Of a stretch of 64,000 bases of DNA, positions 36,927 through 47,437 are shown one piece after another. The translations under genes and the position numbers were made by a program. Source of the stretch: a virus. Lineage: Duplodnaviria; Heunggongvirae; Uroviricota; Caudoviricetes. Where the stretch lies: the IMG/VR virus record IMGVR_UViG_3300029842_000004; one strand, written 5' to 3'. The notes beneath the pieces are model-generated. The model worked only from the letters and a program-made list of their open reading frames with translations. It made no database searches and was not told the DNA's origin. Positions within the stretch are counted from its first letter, which is position 1. Every line of letters starts with the position of its first letter.

Positions 36927-39900
36927 CTATTTGTAGCTTGTATCCTCATCACCTTCCGAATCAGGAGTGGCGCCGATGAAGAACATCATTGACTTGTTGT
37001 TCGTCTGCTGCCACCAATTATAGGCGCGCGCTACGTCTTCCGGCGTCTTGATATTATACCATTGTTTGATAAACGTCTGTTTGGCGAGTTGCCTAAATAA
37101 CTTAGACTCTCCCTTGTATGTACCGGATGTTACTTTATCAAGTGAATAATTCCTAAGATCGGTAAGATCCTTCAGTTTTCGCCCCATAACAAACGGATCG
37201 TTAATGATATCTACCACGTTAAGCTCCATAATAAACGGCATCTGTGAAGCTATTTCGTTTATGGTTCTGAATCCGACATAGGATCCAAATTGAGTAAGCC
37301 AACTTTCTTCGTTTTCATCATCATCACGCCATCCGGCAAGAAGCATAGATACGGCCTGCATGATAAGGAACGTGCCGGCATAGACACTGAGACGTTTGAG
37401 ATTGGTTTTTTCTACCTCATTCATATTGTCTTTATTTTCATTCCAGACATCTATGATGTTTTTCATACCAGACTCGGAAGCCAGGCTAAATGCTTTGGCT
37501 ATCATATTCTTTAACGTAATTGACAACCCTTCCTCTTCTTGCATTGTCTGGAAATTGAAGCCACGTCTTTTCCACAGACGTTGAGCTGCCAGCACCAGCC
37601 AGCCTCGGTGGGCGGTCATGAACCTGGCTATCCAGTTGCGCGATGCGGCAGTTCGATTTTCTTCATTCAAAAATCCGTTACATATCTGCGACAAACTACG
37701 AACTTGATTTCTGGTTATAGCCATCTGGGTTTCAACTTCCTCAACAGTAACACCCGATCCCGGCTTTACAACCACCTTTCCATCCACGACGTCTACCATA
37801 CTCCATAAAGTACGATCTTTTAATGCGTTCCATTCTCTTTTTATGGTACTCTGTTCTTTATTTCGTTCTTTTTCCATCTTGAAATCTTGGAACGTGTAGA
37901 ACCGGCCTTTGTAATAACGAACATTGTCCATAGTAGCAATCATAACCTGCGGATCAAGAGGGTAGTTCAGGATTTCCATAAAAGCATACATAGGCGAATG
38001 CATTAAGGTCCTGGCCGCTCTATTGTATCCGGCACCATACATACGATTTCGGATATTGAATATCCCCATTCTCTCACCTATGACATATAATTTACTTTTT
38101 CTATCTATGTCTCCGGTTTCTGCTATACAAGATGGCGCAAGACGTGAAAACTCAGCCGATGCGTATTTAAGGGAATCTTTGCTTATATACTGTCCTACGG
38201 CAGATTCCATGATGAGGTTGATGTGGCCGGTAAGGGCGCCGGTAGCTGCCACAAACGGAGACAGTGCCAAGTTCATGACCGACATAAACCTTTCAACAGC
38301 CATCATAATTCTTGTAAGGTCTACCGTATATCCTCCGATGTTCACCGTAAGTTTTTTGGTGTTCATCCTAATGCCATAATAATGATCGTTGAAGAAGTCC
38401 CTAAACATCTGATATGCTTGGGTTGCTTCAGCCTTCTTACCGCCCTCAAATTGTTTGTTCAGCAACATCTGCTCCAGTCCTTGGGCAAGCTCTATAGACT
38501 TCTGCTTTTCGTTGTATAACGATGACTGCATCATAAGCATCGAATAAGAGTAGCCAAAATCGTGAGATACATCATCTTGGTTCTCCAATTCATATATGTA
38601 GTATTTAGGTATAGACCTAAGCCTGTCTTCAGGATCATATACTTCCCCCTGTCTGGTTTTACCGTATAGAGAATCGTCTACTCTGTCCAGGCACAGATCT
38701 GATACAAAATTACGAACCGTATTTTTGAAGTTAATACCCAATCCTTCTACACGTTCTATGTCTTGTTTTGATATCTGTGGAATAGCATATAGGTTCGGGC
38801 TCTGCTCTTTGTATAGATCAAGTGATTGTCTTTTTATTTCCTTGAGTTTTTGAATCATATTCCACTGCTCTACGTTTTTAGTAGCAACTTCATTACCGTC
38901 AGCATCATACTTGATACCAAAGTCATTGAAATACGATTCATCACGATACAGGCTTTTCTTAGGCATGCGATGACCATACCCATGATCTTTTACATAATCG
39001 GGATTACGGCCGCTATTTTCGGCTTCAGATTCAGCCACCCATGCCCTTGCAGGATCGAAAGACAGGTACGATATGTCCATGCCATAATCTTGGGTGGATG
39101 TACCGTTTTGTACGTCCTTAACCATCTGCGCCACATCTATCTCACCTCGACCTATTTTGTCGATCATGGCCGCATATCCGGTAGGCGCCATGCGTTTATA
39201 GTACGAAAAGACCTGGCTCCTGGCAAATTCATTAACAATAGCATTGGCCTCTTCTATGCCCTCTTCTCTTGTATTATTTAAAAACAAGCTGGCCATCTTA
39301 GCATTAACAGCATTCCTGAAATCTCTACCGTCTAATTCTTTGCTTATACCAAGCTTTTCTGACAGGTAGTTGGTTTCAGATACGGTAAACAGATATCGGT
39401 TATCAGCAGCCTTAAACAGCTTATCCCTTAAAGCCTGAATCCTTTTTGCTTTCTTCGCCGTAGTATGACGTTGTACGAACTTCCATTCCACTTCCTTGGA
39501 GTCAGCAAGAGCATTTAAATAAGACTGATTTACTTCGTTTTCGGCCTTACTGCTTTTAGTAAGGTACTTATCAATATCTTCAAGACCCACCATCTTAGCA
39601 TAATCTATTAAGATAGCGTAATCAGCTTCAATAGCTTCAGATGCGGCCCTAAAAGCATCTCTTTCAGATGAGGTAAATGTCGCTTCGTTAATTTCTCCGA
39701 TATCAGCCACATCTCGGTTGTTTCCGATTATTTCCTTGATAATGGCCTTATTTTTTTCTATATCTTTCACAATCGAATCCACGTCAGTCGCATCTCTATC
39801 ACTTGTCGTAGAACTAATGATATCATGCGCCATTTTAAGATACGAAGCCTTGTTATTTGATTCGGTACGCGCCGACTGTTCCGATTCTACTTCATTCCAA

Positions 39901-42900
39901 AACCGATCATTGAACGACAGGTGACCTCCCAACATAAGTGTCTTCAGCGCAGCTTCTCCTCCCGACTCGCTCTGAATCGTTCTTAATTTTTGCAAAAACG
40001 ATTCTGATACGGCATTAGTGGCATTATTTGATTCTTTTCTCCAAACTTCATTTATGGCTTGTATTTCTTTGGCCATCTTAAGTTGGTCGCCGGTTTTTTC
40101 CACTCTCCTGGTTCCTACATATATGTATTCCGAAGCTGCCTCCTTACGTTGTTTACGAAGCAGTCCTTCTTCTTCGTAGTTACTACTCTTATAGTAGGCA
40201 ACCTCATCAAAATTACCACCGCTATCAATAAAAGGCTGCCTCAATATCCGTTTTTGCCGGGATAAGGCATTAAGGTATTCTTTGGTTGTTTGAGAAACCG
40301 GATGTCCTAATTCTTCTTCAGCCTTTTTGTATATGGATTCCATTCTTGTGGCATAACTTTCACTAAATTCCAATTCTGAATTTTCAGCATCCCACTTTTC
40401 CATCTGCTCCGTATAGATCTTTTCCTGCTCGATGGTAAAAATATCGGTATTAACCCTATCGGACGATGGTTTAAATTTAGCGTTTTCAGTAACCGTATTT
40501 CCGTCCTTGTCAACTACTTCTCTTTTAAATACGTAATTACGATTATTGTCAACCACATCACCAATTTCTTCTTCTGATATCTCTATGTTCATGGCAGTCG
40601 CAAACGCTCGCATCTGCGCCAGCTTCTTATTACGATCGTATTTAGCCATATCAAGAGCACTACGAAGGTAATTAGAAGTTTTGCCGTCTACTTTCTGAAG
40701 CAGTTTTTCAAATTCAGATTTGTTAAAACCATGCTTTTTAGCATATGCCAGGAAGTCGGATATGGCGGGCTGGGCATTCACCATCGCATTGTAATTGTCT
40801 TTGGCAATCATAGCTCCAAGAGCGTTATTGAACGGACTGGAAGAATGCTCTAATATACCAAACCACCTACTTATCCAAGAAACATCGTGTTGAACCTTGT
40901 CGAAAAATTCTTTTACTCTCTTTACCTTATCTGCCGGCACATGAAGTTCGTTCATTAACTTATCAAGCAACGTACTTTCATCAAGGTCTTGTACTGATTT
41001 AATATCAGACTGAATACCATTGATGTCGGCAATGACGGTATTGATCCTATTTGTATAATCCTGCTTTTCACGTTCATCAAATTCGGTACTTCTGTTACGG
41101 ATATATCCTCGAAGATCGTTCATGATCGGAAGAACCTGATTGTTGATAATATCTACGTTCTTTCGATCATTGGTATTGAAGTGAAGCTTACCGTCTTTGG
41201 TATCACCATGAAGGATGGTGTTCACCACATTGCTTAAGTATCTGACCTGAGCTTCGGCTGTGGAGATCATGCTGTTCATGGCAGCCGCCATCTCATTCTT
41301 GTCTATCTCGGTCTCTACTTTATTTATCTTATCTTCTATGGTCTTAAGCTGAGCAAGGGTCATAGACGTAGTTACAGCCCTATCAGAGCTTATCTGACGT
41401 AAGTCTCTTAATGTTTTTCTTAGCGATCTGATCTTAGACTCAAGAAACTTGTTCTTGTTCATAGAAGAAAGGGAGTATAATGTAAAGTCATTATCCTTTA
41501 ACAGAGAGGTGTCAAATCCTTTATCTATGTCAGTAATGGCAAGATCACGAATGTTTTTAATAACGTTATTCAAATCTTGTCTTTGGGTTGATAAAGCTGA
41601 TTTAAGCCAGCTTACTATTCCAGAGAAAAGCCGCCGGACGCGCCCCAGGAAGGAGGTGGGCTCTACCGGCGCCTGTGCTGTGCCGGTCTGCATCTCCCTG
41701 GCGAGGATCTTTCCAAGAATTTCTCTCCTAACAGCATTATCAAGCTCAGCTCCTTCATATACCTTACCGTATGTATTATAATACTGACCTGCATACTGGT
41801 TCCACTCTTCCGTACCTTCCACATCTTGCAGAACAGCCTCAACAGCATTCTGATCTCTGTACGCCTCTACAAGGAAGTGGGCTGTTTCTTCTACTAAATC
41901 AGATAAAGTAGCATCTTCACCAACTGCTATTACGTTATTAGCAATATCCGCCAATGCCTTAGCAGAAGGTTCGTGCCCGTATTTGGTTTGGTACTTCTCT
42001 ATATAGTCGGTCATACCTATGACACTAACGCCAAGCGTTTTCAGTATCTCGACAATAGAATTTCGTTGGTCACGTTCCTGCCTGCTATAATCTGATACGA
42101 TCTTAGCTTTAGTATCAGCATAAAGATCGTTATCTTCTAATATGAATGAAACTACAAGCGCATCAAAATGATCGTACTTGGCGTCCAATTCATTGTATCT
42201 TCCTGACTTAAGATCGTTCTTTATCTGTTCCCTACTAACCCTTTCCGTTCCTCCGGTGGCGAGTCTCATAGTTACCTTACTGTTATCCAACGAGCTTATG
42301 GTTATCATACCTTGGTCGTTCATGGAAACATCGGAACCAAAATGATTACGGAGCTCGGTGTATGATAAGGCTGAATTGAAAAGTCTAATTTGTCCTGTAT
42401 AACCTTCTCCTGTAAGATAATAGCTTCTTGTTTCAGAATCGAATATCTTAGATCCTGACAAAAGACCTTTCTTTATAAGGTAGTTAATTATCCCGCCTTT
42501 TGTTGATAAAGAAGTAGAAGCAGAAGCGGTCATGACCGGTATAAAAGACTTGGGATTATTAAGAACATACTTTCCAGCTTTGTAAGTAATGTCTGCCACG
42601 CCATCCACGGTAGATTCTTGAACGGTTCCTGATAAGAATCCTATTCTAATATCATTCCCGCCAGAGCGAAGAGCTTCTCCGTAATCTTCAAATAATTGAC
42701 TACGATCGTTCATGAAAAACAAACGAGGCTCTCCAGTCTGATACGTTACACCCACAGGATTAGAATCTGTTTCTGGTAGCTCTTCTGGGCTAAATATCTT
42801 AAGACCGTCTTTTATAACCATATAATTAACACCCTTATCCTGTACCACAGATACGGGAGTGAAGTCCGAAGATATAGCATCTTGTAAATACTGCCCGGCG

Positions 42901-43349
42901 TCTATTCCTGGTTCTTCCGGTACGGAAATACTTGATGGGATCATAGCATCCACCAACATAATATTATCACCCAGATCTTGGCTATAGAATCCGAAGCCTG
43001 ATTCTTGAATCCCATAAGTTGCATCTGATTTTGATACAAGAACAGGATTACTCATCTTAGAAGCCTTATCCAGCACCCTTTCTCTATAAGCTTCCGGAAT
43101 AAGATCAATGTTGGATTTAACCTTATTATAAGCCGGTTTGTTGATAGGCACTCTCTTTCTCCAGTCGCCAAAATCCTTTAAGAACTTATTAGAAAATACG
43201 GTTTTAAAAACAGTAGTAGCCCGTTCCCTGTTCTCCATAAGAGGAATAGATGCTATCTTATCAAACAACATAGACCTGTCCCCTGATCTGGTAGAGACAG
43301 AAACAACTTTCTTTTTATTATCTCTTTTAATAATACACGTTGACGTCAT
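36927..43349 (-). CDS. giant protein (2140 aa), probable virion-associated or ejected cargo protein
   Basis: Uninterrupted 6.4-kb ORF in AT-rich DNA. Coiled-coil rich. No catalytic motif recognised. Confidence 0.8.
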   Translation of the reverse strand: MTSTCIIKRDNKKKVVSVSTRSGDRSMLFDKIASIPLMENRERATTVFKTVFSNKFLKDFGDWRKRVPINKPAYNKVKSNIDLIPEAYRERVLDKASKMSNPVLVSKSDATYGIQESGFGFYSQDLGDNIMLVDAMIPSSISVPEEPGIDAGQYLQDAISSDFTPVSVVQDKGVNYMVIKDGLKIFSPEELPETDSNPVGVTYQTGEPRLFFMNDRSQLFEDYGEALRSGGNDIRIGFLSGTVQESTVDGVADITYKAGKYVLNNPKSFIPVMTASASTSLSTKGGIINYLIKKGLLSGSKIFDSETRSYYLTGEGYTGQIRLFNSALSYTELRNHFGSDVSMNDQGMITISSLDNSKVTMRLATGGTERVSREQIKNDLKSGRYNELDAKYDHFDALVVSFILEDNDLYADTKAKIVSDYSRQERDQRNSIVEILKTLGVSVIGMTDYIEKYQTKYGHEPSAKALADIANNVIAVGEDATLSDLVEETAHFLVEAYRDQNAVEAVLQDVEGTEEWNQYAGQYYNTYGKVYEGAELDNAVRREILGKILAREMQTGTAQAPVEPTSFLGRVRRLFSGIVSWLKSALSTQRQDLNNVIKNIRDLAITDIDKGFDTSLLKDNDFTLYSLSSMNKNKFLESKIRSLRKTLRDLRQISSDRAVTTSMTLAQLKTIEDKINKVETEIDKNEMAAAMNSMISTAEAQVRYLSNVVNTILHGDTKDGKLHFNTNDRKNVDIINNQVLPIMNDLRGYIRNRSTEFDEREKQDYTNRINTVIADINGIQSDIKSVQDLDESTLLDKLMNELHVPADKVKRVKEFFDKVQHDVSWISRWFGILEHSSSPFNNALGAMIAKDNYNAMVNAQPAISDFLAYAKKHGFNKSEFEKLLQKVDGKTSNYLRSALDMAKYDRNKKLAQMRAFATAMNIEISEEEIGDVVDNNRNYVFKREVVDKDGNTVTENAKFKPSSDRVNTDIFTIEQEKIYTEQMEKWDAENSELEFSESYATRMESIYKKAEEELGHPVSQTTKEYLNALSRQKRILRQPFIDSGGNFDEVAYYKSSNYEEEGLLRKQRKEAASEYIYVGTRRVEKTGDQLKMAKEIQAINEVWRKESNNATNAVSESFLQKLRTIQSESGGEAALKTLMLGGHLSFNDRFWNEVESEQSARTESNNKASYLKMAHDIISSTTSDRDATDVDSIVKDIEKNKAIIKEIIGNNRDVADIGEINEATFTSSERDAFRAASEAIEADYAILIDYAKMVGLEDIDKYLTKSSKAENEVNQSYLNALADSKEVEWKFVQRHTTAKKAKRIQALRDKLFKAADNRYLFTVSETNYLSEKLGISKELDGRDFRNAVNAKMASLFLNNTREEGIEEANAIVNEFARSQVFSYYKRMAPTGYAAMIDKIGRGEIDVAQMVKDVQNGTSTQDYGMDISYLSFDPARAWVAESEAENSGRNPDYVKDHGYGHRMPKKSLYRDESYFNDFGIKYDADGNEVATKNVEQWNMIQKLKEIKRQSLDLYKEQSPNLYAIPQISKQDIERVEGLGINFKNTVRNFVSDLCLDRVDDSLYGKTRQGEVYDPEDRLRSIPKYYIYELENQDDVSHDFGYSYSMLMMQSSLYNEKQKSIELAQGLEQMLLNKQFEGGKKAEATQAYQMFRDFFNDHYYGIRMNTKKLTVNIGGYTVDLTRIMMAVERFMSVMNLALSPFVAATGALTGHINLIMESAVGQYISKDSLKYASAEFSRLAPSCIAETGDIDRKSKLYVIGERMGIFNIRNRMYGAGYNRAARTLMHSPMYAFMEILNYPLDPQVMIATMDNVRYYKGRFYTFQDFKMEKERNKEQSTIKREWNALKDRTLWSMVDVVDGKVVVKPGSGVTVEEVETQMAITRNQVRSLSQICNGFLNEENRTAASRNWIARFMTAHRGWLVLAAQRLWKRRGFNFQTMQEEEGLSITLKNMIAKAFSLASESGMKNIIDVWNENKDNMNEVEKTNLKRLSVYAGTFLIMQAVSMLLAGWRDDDENEESWLTQFGSYVGFRTINEIASQMPFIMELNVVDIINDPFVMGRKLKDLTDLRNYSLDKVTSGTYKGESKLFRQLAKQTFIKQWYNIKTPEDVARAYNWWQQTNNKSMMFFIGATPDSEGDEDTSYK

Positions 43350-43392
43350 AAGAATTTATTTTGTTTTGACACAAAGGTAATTAAAAATCAGG

Positions 43393-43437
43393 CACATGAT
43401 AAAAACAAAGCCGTCTAACTTCCCAGTCTGACGGCTT
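43393..43437 (-). terminator. rho-independent terminator on minus strand (stem aagccgtc / gacggctt, then T-rich on minus)
   Basis: 8-bp GC stem. Minus-strand downstream sequence ttgtttttatc. Confidence 0.6.
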
Positions 43438-43491
43438 AATAAATATTATGAAAAAAATAATTATAATCTGACGTAAATCGTCAAGTTACGC

Positions 43492-43848
43492 TTACGCATT
43501 ATATTTGTACCCATTTCTATGAATAAACCTTCCTGATTCGAACCTTTCCACATCATCCGGTCCAATAGGTCCGCAGTCTTCCCTCCTTGCCTCATACCAC
43601 AGCCCCGGCTTACGGAGCCGGCAGGTTATGACGTATTTAAAGCAGTTGTGAGTAAAATGGAATACGGAGCCTACTGGGAAATACCTGGTAGTTTGAAACA
43701 CTATTCTTTTTCGTTTAGTATCAAACACTATATCTCCTACTACCTTAGTCACGTAATAGCTTATGCCATTTAACGTTTCATCTGTTTGTGGTATCCAATA
43801 ATAACCTTTTGCCATGCTACAAATATACGAAAAAGTCGGATAACTCAC
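43492..43848 (-). CDS. hypothetical protein (118 aa)
   Basis: ORF. Confidence 0.5.
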   Translation of the reverse strand: MSYPTFSYICSMAKGYYWIPQTDETLNGISYYVTKVVGDIVFDTKRKRIVFQTTRYFPVGSVFHFTHNCFKYVITCRLRKPGLWYEARREDCGPIGPDDVERFESGRFIHRNGYKYNA

Positions 43849-44165
43849 GTACCCGACTTCATTATTTGTTTAAACATACCAATTCCGTTTATTACAATAT
43901 GACCGCTTCGCATACGACCATTATTATGATTGTGTAGAAAATTGAAACCACTTTCTTTTTCCTGTCTTTCAAAAGAACTGATATCCTTTCCTCTACGGGC
44001 TCTTTCAAAAGCTTTCTTGAACAACTTGCCTCTAAAGGTCTTGACGAGGATCTTGGTAGCGTTATTGCCGGCTTTTACCATTGCTTTCCTTGCCTGGTCC
44101 TCCGAGACAAAACTACTTCGGAAAATATACGATGCTGCTGCTTGTATGTCCTGCTTGGTGATCAT
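43845..44165 (-). CDS. hypothetical basic protein (106 aa)
   Basis: ORF, ATGA coupling. Confidence 0.5.
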   Translation of the reverse strand: MITKQDIQAAASYIFRSSFVSEDQARKAMVKAGNNATKILVKTFRGKLFKKAFERARRGKDISSFERQEKESGFNFLHNHNNGRMRSGHIVINGIGMFKQIMKSGT

Positions 44166-44278
44166 ATGATAAACATTTCTTTCAAGATACTGATATTTAT
44201 TGCGTATATCAGTTTTATTTCATCTTTATTATATACGTCAAAAAAGGATTTACTTAAGTCCTTTGAATCTGCGCTCAA

Positions 44279-45004
44279 TTAAATTATGCAATTACCAGTT
44301 TGACATACTCCCATAGCTAAAGCAAATGGGATTCTTGGATGCAAATTACCCCAATCGATTCTTTTTATCTTACGACCTAATTTAAGCCGTTCTAAAGCCT
44401 GTTCGAATGTCATGCCACGACGAGGCAGTTTGAGATACTTTTTAAGTCTGTCGGCGGCTTCATTTGGTGTATGGCCATCGTATTCGAAAGCGGTTTCTCT
44501 TTCAGGAACATCAAACAAATCCCAGTATTTGCTTTCATAGTGATTAGATACCTGACCGGTAGGTAGGATCGCCATCACAATAAACCAATCATCAGAACCG
44601 AAGCATTTTTCTCCGTCGCTGTGTCTCCTTGATTTACAAACTTCAACCTGTCCGTTTCTGGCTAATAGATTAAAGAAGGCGGCGTTATACAACATGCGAT
44701 ACCGATACAATTCATTGAAAGTATGGTATCCATCAGAAACTTCTCCCACGTCTACAGGCTTCTTGTTTTGAATACTACCCAAAATCTTCTCTACATAGAG
44801 CTGTATTTTATACAGACCCATTTCGGTGTGGCCGTATTTGTTCAAGATATTATTGACATCGTATTGTATATTAAAATCTTTTTCAAATTCTACTTCAGGA
44901 TGATTAGGATAGAAGTAATCTACTGATGCTTCTAACACTGACTTTACGTGTTCTATTATCCTCGCAACATCATCACGTTTAAAAAAAATGCTTAAATCTT
45001 TCAA
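44279..45004 (-). CDS. hypothetical protein (241 aa), weak DUF2829-like motif at the C-terminus
   Basis: C-terminal MTFEQALERLKLGRKIKRIDWGN resembles the DUF2829 N-terminal helix (MxFxEALxxLKxGKKxxRxxW). This part is truncated. Confidence 0.6.
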   Translation of the reverse strand: MKDLSIFFKRDDVARIIEHVKSVLEASVDYFYPNHPEVEFEKDFNIQYDVNNILNKYGHTEMGLYKIQLYVEKILGSIQNKKPVDVGEVSDGYHTFNELYRYRMLYNAAFFNLLARNGQVEVCKSRRHSDGEKCFGSDDWFIVMAILPTGQVSNHYESKYWDLFDVPERETAFEYDGHTPNEAADRLKKYLKLPRRGMTFEQALERLKLGRKIKRIDWGNLHPRIPFALAMGVCQTGNCII

Positions 45005-45112
45005 CGAATTTAATATCTTCGTTGATTGCTGATTCGAACTCTTCTTTTGTCATTACTCTAACCACATCTTTAAAATCTTTTAATTCCATGATTTGTTTTA
45101 AATTAATTGTTA

Positions 45113-45748
45113 CTATACTTTCTTTATCCTACAATACAAACCCCACAAAAACTCAGCGGAGAAACTATCCCATACATTATTCTTCTGCCAAAGTTCTACT
45201 TTGTTAACAAACCAAGACCATGTGGGACCCTCATATGAAGAATCAGATGATGATCCCAATCCGATTTTCTCCATTTCATTCGCCACATCAGAATAAGGAT
45301 CTAAATCGACTCCCCTAATCATGTTAATGATATCATCCTTGTCTAATGTAAATTGAAACCGCTCCTTGTTAGTAGGCGGATCTTGATTCAATTTACCAGT
45401 CGCAAGCCATTCTCCATCATGATACAATTCGGCAAGTTTCTTTACCTTATTTTTAAGAAAAGAATACTCTTGTGTGACTTCTATAAAATCAGCTTCGTTA
45501 GCTTCACCCTCTATGAAGATAACGGTTTTGCTTCCAGGTCTATGATCGTCTAAGCTTGCCGGGATCCCCAATATCGTCCATCCTTTAAACTCAGCTATCT
45601 TAAAACGCATGACGTCAAATACCTTATAGAAATCATCACAATCTACAGATTCTATTACCTTAATATCCTCTTCTGTGAATTTACCTCGTATCGGAATAGC
45701 GTAATGACCAGGGCAGCCATCGGTTCCGAAATATGCGATTCTAACCAC
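45113..45748 (-). CDS. hypothetical protein (211 aa)
   Basis: ORF. Confidence 0.6.
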   Translation of the reverse strand: MVRIAYFGTDGCPGHYAIPIRGKFTEEDIKVIESVDCDDFYKVFDVMRFKIAEFKGWTILGIPASLDDHRPGSKTVIFIEGEANEADFIEVTQEYSFLKNKVKKLAELYHDGEWLATGKLNQDPPTNKERFQFTLDKDDIINMIRGVDLDPYSDVANEMEKIGLGSSSDSSYEGPTWSWFVNKVELWQKNNVWDSFSAEFLWGLYCRIKKV

Positions 45749-45768
45749 GATATTTACAATATTTTAAT

Positions 45769-45984
45769 TTATTTTGCTAAAACATTCATATAACATGGCA
45801 CATCTACCACATCTCTTCTACGAAGTCCCTTATCAAAATAGGAAACCATATAAGTATTTTTACCTTCGTGATCAGGTCTGGGATCAAAACATTCAAAAAC
45901 GAATCTTGTTATACCTTCCAAATGACCAAGCATGAAAACAAATTCGCCACTGTATCTTTTATTAGCCAATTCTTCTACAGTCAT
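45769..45984 (-). CDS. hypothetical protein (71 aa)
   Basis: ORF. Confidence 0.45.
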   Translation of the reverse strand: MTVEELANKRYSGEFVFMLGHLEGITRFVFECFDPRPDHEGKNTYMVSYFDKGLRRRDVVDVPCYMNVLAK

Positions 45985-46208
45985 AATCTGTCCCCTCCTA
46001 ATCCTGAATTGATGCTAACGTACTTAACACGGACATCATTTCCACGTCCAAGCTGACCCCAGCCGGGCGATGGCGTTCCCTTGGCCGGAGCAGGGACAGC
46101 CCTAAGCCGAGACCAGTCCTGCTTTTGCCTCATGGCTTCAGCCTCTTTGTAATACAGGTTACACAGTTCTTGATCTTCGTAACCAACGTAATCTTCCTTA
46201 TTTTCCAT
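45981..46208 (-). CDS. hypothetical protein (75 aa)
   Basis: ORF, ATGA coupling. Confidence 0.45.
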   Translation of the reverse strand: MENKEDYVGYEDQELCNLYYKEAEAMRQKQDWSRLRAVPAPAKGTPSPGWGQLGRGNDVRVKYVSINSGLGGDRL

Positions 46209-46674
46209 ATAGAATACTTTTTCAACAAAAGTACGACATTCATGAATTAATTAGATTTAAAATAAAACAATATGAATTAAAATAAAAACCCGATACGTTA
46301 AAATCGCATCGGGCCTGGTATTGAAAAAAATAGGTTCAGATCTTGGGTAAAGATTCGAGCCAATTTTTAACATCTTTATATTTAGGGTCTTTGTCTATTC
46401 TATCTTTCAGTTCATGCAATGCTGAGTCCATAACCGTATTCGGTACGCCAATCAACTCTCCTATTAAATACAATGGGGTTTTATTCGATTTAGATTCGTG
46501 TGCTATATTCATGTCAAAAAAAAGTTATGTGAAACAAACCGGCCACGGGTATTCTATTGCCCGCCGACCGGTATAATATTTTTATTCCTTTTTTCCAAAC
46601 GGGAAAAACGGGAATGCGGGAATCATATTTTTTACTATGGCTCCCGCACCACCGGAAGGACCTGGATCTGGATC

Positions 46675-46968
46675 TCAGGTCAGATCCTTCCAGTTTATTT
46701 TTTCGCCGAGGTAATCTTGCACGGCAAGCCATCTTATAAAGGCTACTCCTTCGGGAGCATCCGGATCATCCAAATACATTAACGTAGCTTTCACCAACTC
46801 GTTCTCACATTTGAAGACCTTCGGAAAACCATCCGAATAGTACATTGCAAAGACATATTGGACATCGCCCCATGTCGCTTTATCCGGCTTCTTCGCTCCG
46901 CACTTTTCAAAAATATCTTTTATTTCCGGCTGCTTCCAGATCCTCTTGGATCCATCGACGTTGACCAT
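46675..46968 (-). CDS. hypothetical protein (97 aa)
   Basis: ORF. Confidence 0.5.
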   Translation of the reverse strand: MVNVDGSKRIWKQPEIKDIFEKCGAKKPDKATWGDVQYVFAMYYSDGFPKVFKCENELVKATLMYLDDPDAPEGVAFIRWLAVQDYLGEKINWKDLT

Positions 46969-47061
46969 CTTCTTTACCGCCTCATCAGCGAGAGCATTAG
47001 AAAAATGGTAGCCGTAAGTATCTACATATTTCTGATAAGCTGGATCCTCTGCGTCTGCTCC

Positions 47062-47430
47062 TCAATAAGAACGACCTCTGCCACGTCCGCGACCTCTACG
47101 CATCTGAGGTCCGTCACCGTAGTATCTGTCGTCTCCATAGTAATCGGTCGGGTAGGATTCGTAACCCATCCTCCGGTATTCCCGGTCCTCCATTTCATGA
47201 CGACGTTCGCGCTCTTCGAGCCTTCTTTCCCTTTCTTCCAGCTCGTTTTCGCGTTCTTCCATTTCTTTCATCTTCTCATGCATACCGTAATGGTCGTAAA
47301 TACCACCACCGTACCCCATGTACGTCCCATCAGAACGCCGGCTTCTGCCTCTGCCTCCACCTCGTCTGTCTTCTATCTCGTCATATCCAGGATATTCTCT
47401 GTGTCCTGAATTTAAATCATATACTATCAT
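47062..47430 (-). CDS. low-complexity Arg/Gly/Tyr-rich protein with RGRGRGRGRS tail and ERE coiled-coil repeat (122 aa)
   Basis: ORF on the block strand. GC-rich locus. An antisense plus-strand ORF 46858..47409 is probably spurious. Confidence 0.45.
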   Translation of the reverse strand: MIVYDLNSGHREYPGYDEIEDRRGGGRGRSRRSDGTYMGYGGGIYDHYGMHEKMKEMEERENELEERERRLEERERRHEMEDREYRRMGYESYPTDYYGDDRYYGDGPQMRRGRGRGRGRSY

Positions 47431-47437
47431 ATTATAC

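Noticed and set aside
37290-39281. Multiple 60-150-aa plus-strand ORFs inside the 2140-aa gene (and similar ones inside the 2135-aa and 851-aa genes)
   Set aside because: They are fully embedded antisense to uninterrupted giant ORFs. They have no start context and are low-complexity. Treated as spurious.
46858-47409. 183-aa plus-strand ORF overlapping the RG-rich minus-strand gene
   Set aside because: It is a low-complexity Ser/Thr/Val-rich translation antisense to a GC-rich repeat-like locus. All neighbours are on the minus strand.
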